Positions 26,393 to 40,600 of a DNA stretch of 64,000 nt are shown one piece after another (within the stretch, counting starts at the first letter, position 1; the number at the start of each line of letters is the position of its first letter). This DNA comes from Octopus sinensis (Eukaryota): the NCBI RefSeq assembly GCF_006345805.1, contig NC_043006.1, forward strand, positions 9,424,001 to 9,488,000. The letters run 5' to 3'. Made by a program: the position numbers and the translations under genes. The notes below the pieces were generated by a model, which had not been told where the DNA came from, did no database searches, and saw only the letters and a list, made by a program, of their open reading frames with translations.

Positions 26393-26440
<48 letters not shown>
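26212..26440. repeat. Two (TA)n tracts
   Basis: Direct (26212-26292 and ~26393-26440). Confidence 0.9.
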
Positions 26441-26443
<3 letters not shown>

Positions 26444-26561
26444 AAGGGAAACTTTACGAATATAAACAAAAGACGAAGGCGGGTGGTGTACAAACAAAAA
26501 AATGTATTAGTATAGCGCTCAGGAATAGAAAAAGTATTTTACGTTTCGAGCCTACGCTCTT

Positions 26562-26567
<6 letters not shown>
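26441..26567 (-). mobile_element. Short repeat family with a hammerhead-like fold (copy 2, truncated by (CA)n)
   Basis: Homologous to 15371-15515. Confidence 0.65.
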
Positions 26568-26596
<29 letters not shown>

Positions 26597-26874
26597 TATA
26601 TATATATACATGCGTATGTGATGGGATTTATGTATGCATGTATATGCGTTTATGTACCCTGGATAATTAAGCAAAAGTCAATTTTTTTAGTTGCTGTGAG
26701 TTTGGGTGGTTTCTGAATGTGGAGAACTCCCGAACTCGGGTTGCATCGGAAAGTAAACCGTCAGGTTCTATTATATTAATCATGTGCATCCTCTATAGCC
26801 GACTGAATTGTGTATCAGACAAGTTCTTTACTTAAAATAGACATTTCCCAATAAATTTCATATTTCTATTACTT

Positions 26875-26885
26875 TATATGTATAT

Positions 26886-26931
<46 letters not shown>

Positions 26932-27168
26932 TATATGTATGTATGTATATACCATATATTCCATATATATGCATATCTATGTATATATCCGTATATATGT
27001 ATATATATATATACATTTATAAATATATATATATATATATAAATATATATATATAATATAATATATATATAAATATATACATATATAAATATATATATAT
27101 ATACACATATATAAATATATATATATATATATACACATATAAAATATATATTATATACATATATAAAT

Positions 27169-27243
<75 letters not shown>

Positions 27244-27663
27244 AATATATATTATATATACACATATATAAATTATATATATATATATATATATATAACA
27301 TATATATATATATAAATATATATATATACCCATATATAAATATATAATATATATTATATATATATAAATATATATATATACACATATATAAATATATATA
27401 TATATATAAATATATATATATATACACATATATAAATATATATATATATATAAATATATATATATATACACATATATAATATATATATATATAAATATAT
27501 ATATATATACACATATATAAATATATATATATATATAAATATATATATATATACATATATTTATATATAATATATATATATATAAATATATACACATATA
27601 TAAATATATATATATAAATATATATATATATAATATATATTATATACACATATATAAATATAT

Positions 27664-27694
<31 letters not shown>

Positions 27695-27751
27695 AATATA
27701 TATATATAAATATATATACATATATAAATATATATATATAAATATATATAC

Positions 27752-27819
<68 letters not shown>

Positions 27820-27821
27820 AC

Positions 27822-27852
<31 letters not shown>

Positions 27853-27856
27853 TATA

Positions 27857-27890
<34 letters not shown>

Positions 27891-27920
27891 AATAATATAT
27901 ATATATTATATATATATATA

Positions 27921-28000
<80 letters not shown>

Positions 28001-28113
28001 AATATATATATTATATATATTTATTTATATATAAATATATATATTATATATATATTATATATAAATATATATATATATATTATATTATATATAAATATAT
28101 ATATATATATTAT

Positions 28114-28159
<46 letters not shown>

Positions 28160-28195
28160 TATATACATATATAATATATATACATATGCACATAT
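26875..28195. repeat. ~1.3-kb interrupted (TA)n array
   Basis: Almost pure A/T, with recurring TAAA and CACA interruptions. Confidence 0.95.
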
Positions 28196-29643
28196 GCACA
28201 TATGGAAGCGCATATATTATGTCTAATATCTCGTAGTGAAAAGTATTATGTACTTAATGGTTAGAAAGCTAAACAGCTTTATATGCTTAATAACGTTTTC
28301 ATCATTATGTGATTTATAACTTCATAGTGACCACTGGAGACCTGCATGTGCAAGGTGTAATATAATGATTTTGAATATATGATCTAAGGACCGTAGTAGG
28401 AAAATCTTTATAAAGCGGTTAGCACCTAGTTTCTATGGCAACAAATACACTTCATGAAATATTTCCCAGTGAAGTGTCAAATACATTATACTTGCCAATG
28501 GCTGTCATTTTACTTGGTTATATTGAAAGTTTTAAGATGATTGGCAGTAAGAGATAAAGAAAGATTTAAAATAAAAATGCTAAAAGCTATATTCTGTGAA
28601 AGTGCCCCAATTATGAACGTTAGCACCCCCCACACACACACACACAAACACGAAGGAAGAAGAATGTTATAAATTTCGCTCGGGAGGTAAAAAAATGTTT
28701 TCAATCCATTGCAGAGAAGTATGATGTATTAAAGCGGCAACCAAGCGATGCTCATTTCAGCAAGAATTATAAATTCTTCAGAGACATAATTTAAAAAAAT
28801 ATAGTACTCTAGTAGAGTATAAATAAAATAAAATACACCAATAATTTTAAATAATATCCTAAATGGAACAAATAGAACTATATTTTTTATTCTTAAAAAA
28901 ATCTTAGAACTGAAACATCATAAATTGAAATTCATGTTTCACGTTTGTAACAATAAATAAATAACATGGGAATAAAAATGAAATAGCAAAATCTTTGCAC
29001 ATTTTCTTTCTTAAGGTTGTATTTTTACGAAGTTTCAACCAAAAGTAATTCAAACTTGGTCAATGATATATGAATTTCGTTCGAAGTTTTCACACGTTGA
29101 CAGAGTGAGTCTATTTATACCGAAACATTTACACTTGTTCTTCTTGTAGCCAAATAATTTCTTTGCAGAATCAACCTGTCGCCGTCATTGAGTTCTGGAA
29201 GGAGGTAGGAATCACGCAGTCTGACACCCATTGAACCCTGCAGGTTGTTTACGGAAAGAGCACTATTAACAAGTTCAACTGAATGGAAAATTTCAACGAA
29301 AAAAGAAACTAAAAATTGAGATCGAAACACGCAATGGGACACTGAATTAGACCAAGACCACAGGAACCCGGCCAACGGAGGCAAGTATTCACAATAGACA
29401 ATCACGCTAAACACTCTCCTACAATCATATATAAGACAAATTTTGCCGAGAACGAGTCGATGATTCAGAAGATGTGAAATTATTTGCGAAAAAATGAGAG
29501 CAAGAGAGAAAACTGAAATTTATGATAGACAATTCGTGAGTTGGGTTAAAGGATGACGGAATAACAACACTTGTTGTGTATCGTTGTGTAGAAGAGATTC
29601 TTTCTGATATTTGCAGTTTCAGCGACTTGTGTCAGTTAATATA

Positions 29644-29990
29644 GAAGATGTACTTGGCTCAGTGGTTAGAGCGTCGAGCTTACAATCGTGAGGTTGTGAG
29701 CTCGAATCCCGGACCGGGCTGCGTGTTGTGTTCTTGAGCAAGACACTTTATTTCACGTTGTTCCAGTTCACTCAGCTGTAGAAATGAGTTGCGACGTCAC
29801 AGGTGCCAAGCTGTATCGACCTTTGTCTTTCCCTTGGATAACACTGGTGGCGCGGAGAGGGGAGGCCGGTATGCATGGGCGACTACTGGTCTTCCATAAA
29901 ACAACCTTGCCCAGACTTGTGCCTCAGAGGGTAACTCTCTTGGTGCAAACCCATGGTCACTCATGACCGAAGGGGGTCTTTACCCTTTAC
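29644..29990 (+). mobile_element. tRNA-derived SINE, family E
   Basis: A-box TGGCTCAGTGG and B-box GAGCTCGAATCC. The central domain TTGTGTTCTTGAGCAAGACACTTTATTTCACGTTG is shared with family C. Tail is (CCTTTA)-like. Confidence 0.85.
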
Positions 29991-30632
29991 TTACACTTGT
30001 ATTAATTTCAGCATGCAACTCATATCACATATAAAATCTGTTAATGCATCTCTTGTCGTTGCTATTGCTTATTTGTTATTTAGTTTAAAGCAACTCTGAT
30101 CCTTTAGAATTCTGCCATGGCTTAGATATCATGGATAGTCTCACATTGCTACTTTCTTTTCCTGGTTCCCCTTATCAAGAAACGGTGATCAGCCTATTAG
30201 CAATTTCTAACAAATTTTCCCATTTCCCTATTACATGCGTTTTGATCTAATATATACAGTTCTGAATGAAGCACATTTCTGAAGGAAGCATCGTCTTCCC
30301 ATTTAGAATGTGCCTAGAACTATATTCTCTAATGCCAAATCTCTTATGAAAAGTCGTTTATTTCTAATACTTGTTTTCTTGCTTCTTTTTATATTGCATG
30401 TAATATTCATAAATTTTCTCCCTGTTTCTTACTGTTTCTCTCTTTTAACTTTCATTTTCGCTTCCTCTCCCCCCCTCTCTCTCTTGACTGTGAAAATAGC
30501 TAGCGGCAGTGGTAGTTGATTATCTACAGAAATACTCTGAGTTTACATCACTAATACAGTCATTGTCGTTTGTATATCTGATGACTACAACTGATATACT
30601 ATTTAAACGATTTTGATTATTATTCTATCTGA

Positions 30633-30861
30633 TTCCTTATTACCCACAAGGGGCTAAACATAGAAGGGACAACCAAGGACAGACAAACGGATTACGTCGA
30701 TTACATCGACACCTGTGCGTTACTGGTTCTTAATTTATCGACCCCGAAATGATGAAAGGCAAAGTCGACCCCAGCAGAATTTGAACTCAGAACGTAACGA
30801 CAGACTAAATACGGCTACGCATTTCGCCCGGCGTGCTAACGGTTCTGCCAACTCGCCGCCT
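30633..30861 (-). mobile_element. Family A SINE
   Basis: Reverse complement of 1174-1410. Confidence 0.9.
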
Positions 30862-31240
30862 TTCGATAATTATTTTATCGCCACAATCACACACTTACCC
30901 ATGCTAATTAAGGGGATATACTTGTTGACATGATATAAAAATCACTGCATTTTCAAATATAGTCAAAAAACTCATCTTACCTTTGCAAAATATCACACTC
31001 ATTTTGGAAACAATAATTATCGTAAATAACATTACAAACATTAGCAAAAATAAAGCACGAGTGTTAATGTATAGACATCTACATTAGTGGCAATACCACT
31101 GAAATTAGTCTTGTCAAATGCAAAATCACATAACGTGTTGAAACAAATAGTGTGTTGGTCTAAGGAAGGCAGATGATAAAATTGAAAATAATGTCCAATT
31201 AAACTGTAACAGATCCGGAAAATATTAAAAATATATAAGA

Positions 31241-31623
31241 CTAGCAGTATCGCCCGGCGTTGCTCGGGTTTGTAAGGGAAATAACTATAAAGCATTTTTA
31301 GAGAGTTATAGCCAAAAAATAGCAAAAAAATGGGGAAAAAAATTATGGTAAATTTTTTTTGATAGTTAAAAAGGTCGAGTTGCGTCCCCTAGACCATCTG
31401 TGGTTTGTTTCTGATTGTCAACCCCATGTCGAATTTATCGATCTTTTTCAGAACTGGGGGAACTTTTCAAAATTTTCGCTGCGTTAGTTTTGAATTATGA
31501 CATTGGGCTATGTGTGTGTCAAGTTTCATCAGAATCGGTTGAAAGCCGTGGTCAGGGTGAGGGTACGAGAAAACAGACACACAGAAACACGCACAGACAA
31601 ACTGCCGTTTATATAGAGACAGA
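31241..31623 (-). mobile_element. Non-autonomous Helitron
   Basis: On the reverse strand: A|TC start, 3' hairpin CCCGAGCAACGCCGGG, then CTAG|T. Confidence 0.8.
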
Positions 31624-32009
31624 TATAATTATAACTCACAGTCATGCACATGAATACGATAGAGACTCACTTTTATCATTAGATGAAGTAGAATTGTGTC
31701 TATTAAGATACTCGGTCGGCGGTCTCTCATTGACTGCTGTTTGCAAAGTTATATGTGCTTTTAGCAATGGCTGACGTTGAATTTAATATTGAATGCTGGA
31801 CATACGCATTCACCAATCTAATCATTTAAATGTATTTCGCCACAGGGCCAATAACAATAATAATTAAAATGACATATAAATATATATCCATATGTACATA
31901 CACATATATTTGTATAAATATGCAAGACAAATACAACACAACACATTTATAATCATACAAAGACACACGTACACATTCAAAAACACTCACACATATACAT
32001 ACAGGCAAA

Positions 32010-32150
32010 CGTTCATACGTACATACATACATACATACATACATACATACATACATACATACATACATACGTGTATATAAATACACACAGACACAAATAT
32101 ATATATATATATATAATATATATATATATTATATATATATATATATATAA
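32010..32150. repeat. (TACA)n and (TA)n microsatellites
   Basis: Direct. Confidence 0.9.
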
Positions 32151-33210
32151 TACAAATTTATAGGGGACAAATCATTTTGAAGTGCGACTGTCTCTTAAAT
32201 ATCCGGCCGCATTTAGTTTCTGACACTTCCGGGTTTGAAGTTTGTAATGTAAAAATCGACTGCGCTAATCTGAAATCAGATTATCCAATAATTAGGAACA
32301 CTGAAATTCATTAAGTTAACATAGAATCGGATTATATTTAATAAACTTTGTAGCACTTAACAAAAGCAGCTATATGAAGAAGGATTAATTGTTTAAGAAC
32401 GTTGAATACGGAATAGGTAACAAAAGACAGGTTAAGATTCCATGATGTAATGTTTACTTAAGCATTAAATGAAGTGATAATATTAAGAGGTTAAATAGAT
32501 TTTCACACATGCTATGTCATGTAACCTTTGTGTCCTATAAATTTATTTTCGGATTGTGAGCTTAGATTTGTGATGATTATACTAAGCATCTCTGCTGAGC
32601 AATATTTCAACAATTCTGTTTAGAGTCTTTAAAGATTACAACTTAGAAGGTAAAAGGTGAAGAAATCACTTTCGAATTGTAAATTGAATATAGATTAGGT
32701 TCTAGCCAATAAGTTGTAATCTACTTACAAATCAGTAAAGATTTCTGGGTTCCTTGTATCGGAGCTCACGTGTTAAAAGTAAAAAAAATAAATAAATTGT
32801 TGGTAAACCAGAACACATTTAAGTCTATATTGCCCTTTTTCTATCACATTATTTTACAATGTGTTATTAAGTATTGCAGTTTTTCTTCGTACAGCCTTAC
32901 GTTTATTACAAATATAGCTAAACCTTTTTCGAATATATAACAGATAAAATATTATTTGATTAGATAATTATATTTAATTGGGAAGATATTGTAAATTTCA
33001 AGAAAGTGCATAGAAGATGGATTATGTTGTCCTTATAATATGGAGGAAGAGAATTTGAAGTGAACATCTGCTCTACTTGAACTTGGAAATGTACGCGAAT
33101 TTGAAACAAGCATTATTGAAGAAACCTCAAAATCCAGTAATTTTCGAAACATCATTTTTATGTAGCTTATCTTGTGAATCCTTTCTGCTTTATGTTATAA
33201 TAAAGAAAGT

Positions 33211-33527
33211 GAGGGCGCGTGGCTTAGTGGTTAGGGCATTCGGCTCAAGATCGTAAGGTTGTGAGTTCGATTCCCGGCGACGCGTTGTGTCCTTGAGCAA
33301 GACACTTTATTTCACGTTGCTCCAGTCCACTCAGCTGGCAAAAATGAGTTGTACTTGTATTTCAAAGGGTCAGCCTTGTCACTCTCTGTGTCACGCTGAT
33401 TATCCCCGAGAACTACGTTAAGGGTACACGTGTCTGTGGAGTGCTCAGCCACTTACTCGTTAATTTCACGAGCAAGCTGTTCCGTTGATCGTATCAGCTG
33501 GGACCCTCGTCGTCGTAACCGGCGGAG
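33211..33527 (+). mobile_element. tRNA-derived SINE, family C
   Basis: A-box TGGCTTAGTGG and B-box GAGTTCGATTCC. Its 3' half is shared with family D. TSD ATAATAAAGAA. Confidence 0.9.
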
Positions 33528-33553
33528 AAGAAGAGAGATAATAAAGAATAGTA

Positions 33554-33929
33554 GAGGCGCAATGGCACAGTGGTTAGGGCAGCGGACTCGCGGTCGTAGG
33601 ATCGCGGTTTCGATTCCCAGACCGGGCGTTGTGAGTGTTTATTGAGCGAAAACACCTAAAGCTCCACGAGGCTCCGGCAGGGGGTGGTGGTGATCCCCTG
33701 TTGTACTCTTTCGCCACAAATTTCTCTCACCCTTTCTTCCTGTTTCTGTTGTACCTGTATTTCAAAGGGCCGGCCTTGTCACTCTCTGTGTCACGCTGAA
33801 TATCCCCGAGAACTACGTTAAGGGTACACGTGTCTGTGGAGTGCTCAGCCACTTACTCGTTAATTTCACGAGCAGGCTGTTCCGTTGGCCGGATCAACCG
33901 GAACCCTCATCGTCGTAACCGACGGAGTG
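33554..33929 (+). mobile_element. Family D SINE
   Basis: Similar to 9145-9521. Flanked by ATAATAAAGAA at 33538-33548 and 33940-33950. Confidence 0.9.
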
Positions 33930-36239
33930 TTTCCATCCCATAATAAAGAATGATCCATATATTAACCGAGCAACCCGAACTGAACGTCACATATGTTTTC
34001 TATTTCGAGTTAAAAGATGTAGATACCGAAGTATATACTATGTCCCTTTGTGGGGCATAGTATTTATAGTTTTTCCAACAATCTCTCTAAAGTTATGTTT
34101 GCTGAATTATTTGATTCTGCTTTGTAATATATTTAGGTTCTTTGAAATCAGCAGGAACACTGCGGACTTACATTTCAGACTCAAACATTGTACATAAGTG
34201 CCCGAAATAGAAACAATAAAGGTGGCACAATTGAGGGGGAAATCACCATGAATAATTGTTTTAGAAACGTTCCCACGGGAAAGGTTTAAGAGATTGCAAG
34301 AGTAGGGTTTGGTAAAAATACTCCGAAAATCTACATTCCAGAGGAAGGTAAGAAAATTATCCGTAAAAATGAATATGATATCCACGTAGGTATTTTTGAA
34401 ATATATATAATCCCTAATATTTTGTTATGATGCATGTAGTTGATGTGAGATTCCCACCCACTTTGTTCTATCCATTAATAAAATATAGGCATTCTAAAAG
34501 ATTATAGTTTACATACTTTTCAGCAATAGTATCTTTCTAAAATATGACTGTTTTCAAACTGGAAACAAAAGTGTATAGAACTTTTGTGAAATGATAAATG
34601 GAAGTGCTTAAGTGATATTTGGCTAGCAGATATCGAATTATACATTTCACCTTTTCTTTGTTTGTGAATATAATATACATTGCTGTAATTCAACATGCAG
34701 GATTTCATTATGCAATCTCAGAACTGTTTCACATTATGTGTTAACAGTAAAATATTTCCAAGATTATTTCTTTTTAGAAGTGTTTCTTGCTAAACAATTA
34801 TTTTTTCATGTAACACTTTTCTATCGTGATTTCAGGGAGATAAACTGAAGCTTCGGTATTCATACGTTTATCGAATATATTAGAATGTTAAATAAATGTC
34901 TCATCGGATTTACACTTATAGATGAAATCATTTCATCTTAGATCGTGTGTTGAAAAGCTATTGTTTTAGTTATTTAACAACACACCTTACTGTTAAATTC
35001 ACTTTATATATATTTTTTCGATCCCGATTTCTCATCGAATATCAATAGCTTTTTCACTAACACAGTAGTATTGTACTTCAACAATTGAATGAAGAAAAAA
35101 ATTATAAGATTTTGTATACATTTTTACATACAAAAAATGGATATGTCACGATTCACATTGATTTACACGCTTAAATTCACAGATGTGGTGATATATTTAA
35201 GTTAGTATTCAGAAATCAAATAGTAAGTTTCGCCGCATGTCAACGAACGGCAATCTAACCAAGAATATGTCGCATAGTATATAAGGATATGTTATGTATT
35301 ATGTCGTATGTATTCTGTAGAAGGTAGAATATGTGTTGAAGGAGTTATGTCTAATGTACACTCTGGTATTTCAGGTAACAATACATATCTTCGTATTCCT
35401 GTGTATTGAAGGAAGATCTGAAATAAACTACTAATACTTGCACAATTTGCATTTCAATAATCACTTGGATTAATCGAGATACACGAAAATTTAGATGGGC
35501 AATCAGATCATCATTATTTCCAATACATGAAATAAAACGCGATCAAGAATTAAGAGCGGCAACTCAATGTAATAAAAATCGCAATGCCTTATATATTCGC
35601 ATGAAATGACGATCAAAATTGGACCCCTGTTCTTCAGTATAAATAAACTAAGAAAATATGGATAATACAATTGACAAAAGTGTGAAATGTTGTTCTTGAT
35701 AATTAAACCTGTTGTTCTTGATCATGTTACTACAATTAACTACGAATGCGTCATGGACGATTTCAACCATATCTGACATTGAAATCTGAGCGCTAAACTG
35801 CCGGCCTAAGCACACTTATCTGCTTCTCGCTTTTTGAATAGAACAGCTACCCTTAGGACGCAAATATCTCAGCATGCGTAGATGTACGTCTCTATTAGCC
35901 ATGTTCCCTCAACAATATGTTTTCATCTCTGTTTAGTTATAAGTCTACTTATTCTTCTAGATGCACAACAAATATCTACCTTTTGTCACCTACAGCAAAA
36001 CCAACACATTGTATAGCAACGCTTCACAGCTCTTCAGTTCTCTGTATAGTTATTAACTACCTAGAACTTACTTCATGCCAAAGTAGCCTCGTGTCTCGAA
36101 ACAAACATCGTAATTATCGAATGACGTCATATTGATTTTTCTCTTTCATTATTACATATTTATTACCGCCTACTCTCACAGATACCGAAAAATATACATA
36201 CACACATATAGAAACACAGAGACGCACACACACATACAC

Positions 36240-36242
36240 ACG

Positions 36243-36292
<50 letters not shown>

Positions 36293-36342
36293 GTGTTATA
36301 TATATATATATGTATATGTGTTATATATATATATATATATAT
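36240..36342. repeat. (TA)n microsatellite
   Basis: Direct. Confidence 0.9.
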
Positions 36343-37681
36343 CAAGGAATCGCAGTTATAGAATGTCTATATTTACATGCATCATAATAATGATTCGCTA
36401 CAAATTTTGTGAATCATCCACAATGGATCAAAGCTCCTACGTCTTGGAGAATGTCACTGTCAGCATAACAAGTACTGCTTCCTCACACTTTCATTTTATC
36501 TGAAAATACTGCGGAGTCTGCTTCTGAGAGCGACGGTGCCTTCTCGTAGGATCAGTGGCGTCTGCTCGTAGCATTTGTTATTCCCGCCAGTATAAAAAAA
36601 AACACAAGTTGTTTTCACGTTCATGTCATTGCCAACGCTATATGTTCATCCCTAGATCCAACAAAGAGCACTATTGGTAGAGCTATTTAGGGTTGAAATT
36701 CCTCCCCAGTTCATATTCCTCTTGCAGACGTCCATTTGCAATTGTTCAAGAAGAAGTCTAATAATTTATTTGGTGGACTTGTGGGTAAAACATTATTAAA
36801 ATGACAAATATCCACCCATTTCTATCATATAAAGCTGTTATGAATATGTAACTATAAAAAGACGAAAATACATGAAATTGCTCTTGTTAGGTTAAACTTT
36901 CTTTAAAGATATACCGTTAATGGCCTTCAACGAATAAATTAGTTATACGGAGGTGTTATATGTTACAGATTTGTAATGCATATTAAGGTTAATTGAAGGA
37001 GAGTTAGATAAGTTATTTCAAAACAGATACAGAGAAGTGTGTTGATTTAATTTTCCAAGGAGGTTTCTGAAACAGTGGAATCGAAATTTTGGAAATATGT
37101 TTCAGTCGTTCGCGGCGAAAACAACATTAACGTTCTAATGCTAAGTACGGAAAGCATAACAATATAGTTTAAGGAAAACTAGTTAGATTTCTAATTACTG
37201 GTTTTAATTACATATATGTTGTATTGGAACAAAGCCCTGAGGTTGGACGTAGTATTGATAAATGAAATGATAGCAATAAATAACACGTATATATATCTTA
37301 TACAGAAATACATAAGAACTTCTACACTGTTATTTGAGCAAAGGATATATAATAATTTCCGAATTGAATTATGTGAATTACGATAAATACATGATTATTA
37401 CGACCATTGCTCCGACATGCTAAAATGAGAAGATTAAATCCATAAATATGTTGTTTACATCGAGAACCTAAATAAGTTCACGAGTAAAATATCCAATCAT
37501 TTGGGATAAACAAGCACTTATCCCTGAAAACTATATATCTGATTAATAGGTGTAGTAACACAGAATGAAAATCCAAAGATATTCTCTTATATATTATCGA
37601 TTTACTTTATATTTTTATACACAGAAACAAGCGTGCATACATACATACCAGATATGCACCTTAATATTTGTTTACTAACCA

Positions 37682-37880
37682 AGGTAGTGAGCAGGCAGAA
37701 TCGTTAGCACTCCAAACAAACATATTTAGCTACCTTTCGTCCATCTTTACGTTCTGAGTTCAAATTCTACGGAGGCCAACCTGTTATTTTATCCTTTTGT
37801 TGGCGATAACATAAGTCGATGTTATCGACTGACCCCTTCCTTCGAATTTGCTGGCCGTGTGCCAAACTTTGAATTCAATA
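37682..37880 (+). mobile_element. Old family-A-related SINE with a different 3' end
   Basis: GGTAGTGAGCAGGCAGAATCGTTAGCAC...TTACGTTCTGAGTTCAAATTC matches the A head. The tail diverges. Confidence 0.65.
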
Positions 37881-38270
37881 TTAGATTAATAACCATACTA
37901 CTGCATTAATATACTTGAGAACATATGTTAGAATGTTCATACTATTCATAGGGAGGTAATACTGCAGTAAATGACATCAGCCTCCGTTTTAATTAATTGA
38001 TGATTTTGTGAACAGTATTTCGTGTCGGCATTAATTTACACAACTTTTGAAATGAAAGAAAAGTATTATAATGATGGGCCATTACTGAGTTAGCTAGAAA
38101 AAAGAAACACACTAATCTCTTTTCAGTATCACTAAAATTCTTGACGTATATCCCGCAGAATGAAAAACTTAAGTTACCTGATATTTGGAAGAAAAATGAG
38201 TGGTTATAATGAGAATGTCTTTGAACTTTTTTAATCAGGAACAGCCTGGATTTAACAACTTACATACGAA

Positions 38271-38687
38271 TCTCTTTTACTCTTTTACTCTTTTACTTAT
38301 TTCAGTCCTTTGACTGCGGCCATGCTGGAGCACCGCCTTTAGTCGAGCAAATCGACCCCGGGACTTATTCTTTGTAAGCCCATTACTTATTTTATCGGTC
38401 TCTTTTGCCGAACCGCTATGTGACGGGGACGTAAAAACACCAGCATCTGTTGTCAAGCAATGCTAGGGGGAAATACACAGACACACAAACATATACACAC
38501 ACACTTATGTATATATATATATACATATATACGACAGGCTTATTTCAGTTTCCGTCTACCAAATCCACTCACAAGGCATTGGTCGGCCCGGGGCTATAGC
38601 AGAAGACACTTGCGCAAGGTGCCACGCAGTGGGACTGAACCCGGAACCATGTGGTTTGTTAGCAAGCTACTTACCACACAGCCACTC
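38271..38687 (-). mobile_element. Family B SINE, near full length
   Basis: Colinear with 50083-50496. Confidence 0.9.
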
Positions 38688-39784
38688 TAGTCGTACGTAA
38701 CATATGTTCTCGAAATATTGTATTATAGTAAGTTTTATTAGTTAAAGACCTATAATAAGAACCATTGTTCAATGGAGTCGGGAATAAGTTAATCGAACGA
38801 GAGGTTTTTGCCCTCAATAGACTATCTTATACAGCAGTAAGACATTTCTACAAAAATCTGTATCAACGACGCTGTTTCACATCAATTATATAGTATACAT
38901 GTGTAAGGAAACTACAACAAAAATTCTACTTTAGTAACCCCCAAAGAAACGAGTTGTATATTATTCTTCTAACAGACTGGAATCAGTTACGATATATTAT
39001 TTACATTTTTGAATGATCAGGAAATCAAAAGATATTTTGAATTCTTCACAGAATTTATTCAGCAGGTGTTTATGAATATTAGCACAACTATATATAACAA
39101 AGCTTCAGAATTGTTACTAACGTTTGACATTAGAGTAATAAATTTTTCAATGGCAATATAAAAAATTTATCAACCTATATTATGATGGTATTTATTAAAT
39201 GCATTGACGTTGTTTAATTCTCGAACAAGCAGCCACACACGCACAAGGATATGTTCGTAGATCTGTAGTATGTATAACTATATTCATACATACATCCATA
39301 TGTGTATATGTTTATATATATATGTACATATGTGTATGTATATACATGCATACGTACATACAGACATGCATACATACATACATGCACACACACACACACA
39401 CATATATATATTGAGAGACATAAATATATATATATATAAACTAAATAATGTAAGCAATAAATAAAACAGTCTGGGGTGATAGCCTCGGGGGAAATTAGTT
39501 AATATTGTCTGTGACAAGTTTATTATTACTAATACCATTATGATTATTATTAGTAGTAACATCAGTACGTGTATTAGAAATAGTGTTTTTATTTTCAATT
39601 TTTGTCATCATTACTAGTAACCATAATAAATCAATGTATTTTTCACACGAACAGCGTAAATGTATGTGTGTGCTTATTGATTATTAAATTTCAGCTTTTC
39701 AATACGACATATGTTATGCCCCTGAGTGATATTTAACATATCAACTTTCCGTGTATACTCAGGAAACAAAGTCATATGATAATG

Positions 39785-40050
39785 TTCCGTGTTTCATCTC
39801 TCTCTCTCTCTCAGTTTCTCTCTGTCTCTCTCTCTGTCTCTCTCTCCTTCTCTCTATCTCTTTCAGATACAAGGACATACGCAGACACACATACGTATAT
39901 GTGTGTGAGTGAATGTGCATGTGTCTGCATGTGTGTATATATACACGTATATGTATATATATATATACACACAATATATATATATATGGGGGGAGTGTGT
40001 GTGTGCGTGTGTGTGCGTGCGTGTGCGTGTGTGTGTGTATGTTGTGTGTA
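39785..40050. repeat. (CT)n/(GT)n/(TA)n compound microsatellite
   Basis: Direct. Confidence 0.85.
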
Positions 40051-40600
40051 TGTACCAGATGATAACAAAAAATTTCCCGTACTGCTTCGGCAGCGCGCCA
40101 ACAGTCGGCAGCACTTGGTTGCGTACGTTGTGTGAGCTAGAAGTAACCTTCATGGCGCAGTGTTCAGAGTGACTTTGCTGTGTTTACTTCACAAGTTGTG
40201 AAATTTGTGATTATGTGATCATGTGCAGGCTCTAGTCTGCGATTTTCATGAACAGGAAAAAAAGCCAACGTGAAAGTTTGTGTCAAACTAGGCAAGTCTT
40301 CTACAGACATTAATCATGATTCAGCAAGCTTAGGGCGACGAGGTAATGGGTCTTACATAATTAGATTCTTCATGACGACAATGTACCCTGTCACCAGGTT
40401 GTCATTACTCGTGAGTATTTCACCGAAAGCAACTTGTTATCGCTCCCGCCCCACCCGCTCTTTTTGCCAAATTTGAGAACTTTCTCCTCTTCTCCAATAT
40501 CAAAATGCAGCTGAAATGTAAACATTTTAACACCGTTGTCGGGATTAACGGCGAATCGAAGAAGGTCCACGATTCGTTTACGTAAAACGATATCCAGGCT

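Noticed and set aside
27017-27721. Long ORFs of YI/IY, CV and similar repeats (also near 3.6, 12.7, 48.9, 54.0 and 59.8 kb)
   Set aside because: They are translations of microsatellites, which lack stop codons in some frames.
33211-33285. tRNA gene candidates (SINE heads here and elsewhere)
   Set aside because: A/B boxes are present, but there is no complete acceptor stem and each continues into a SINE body.
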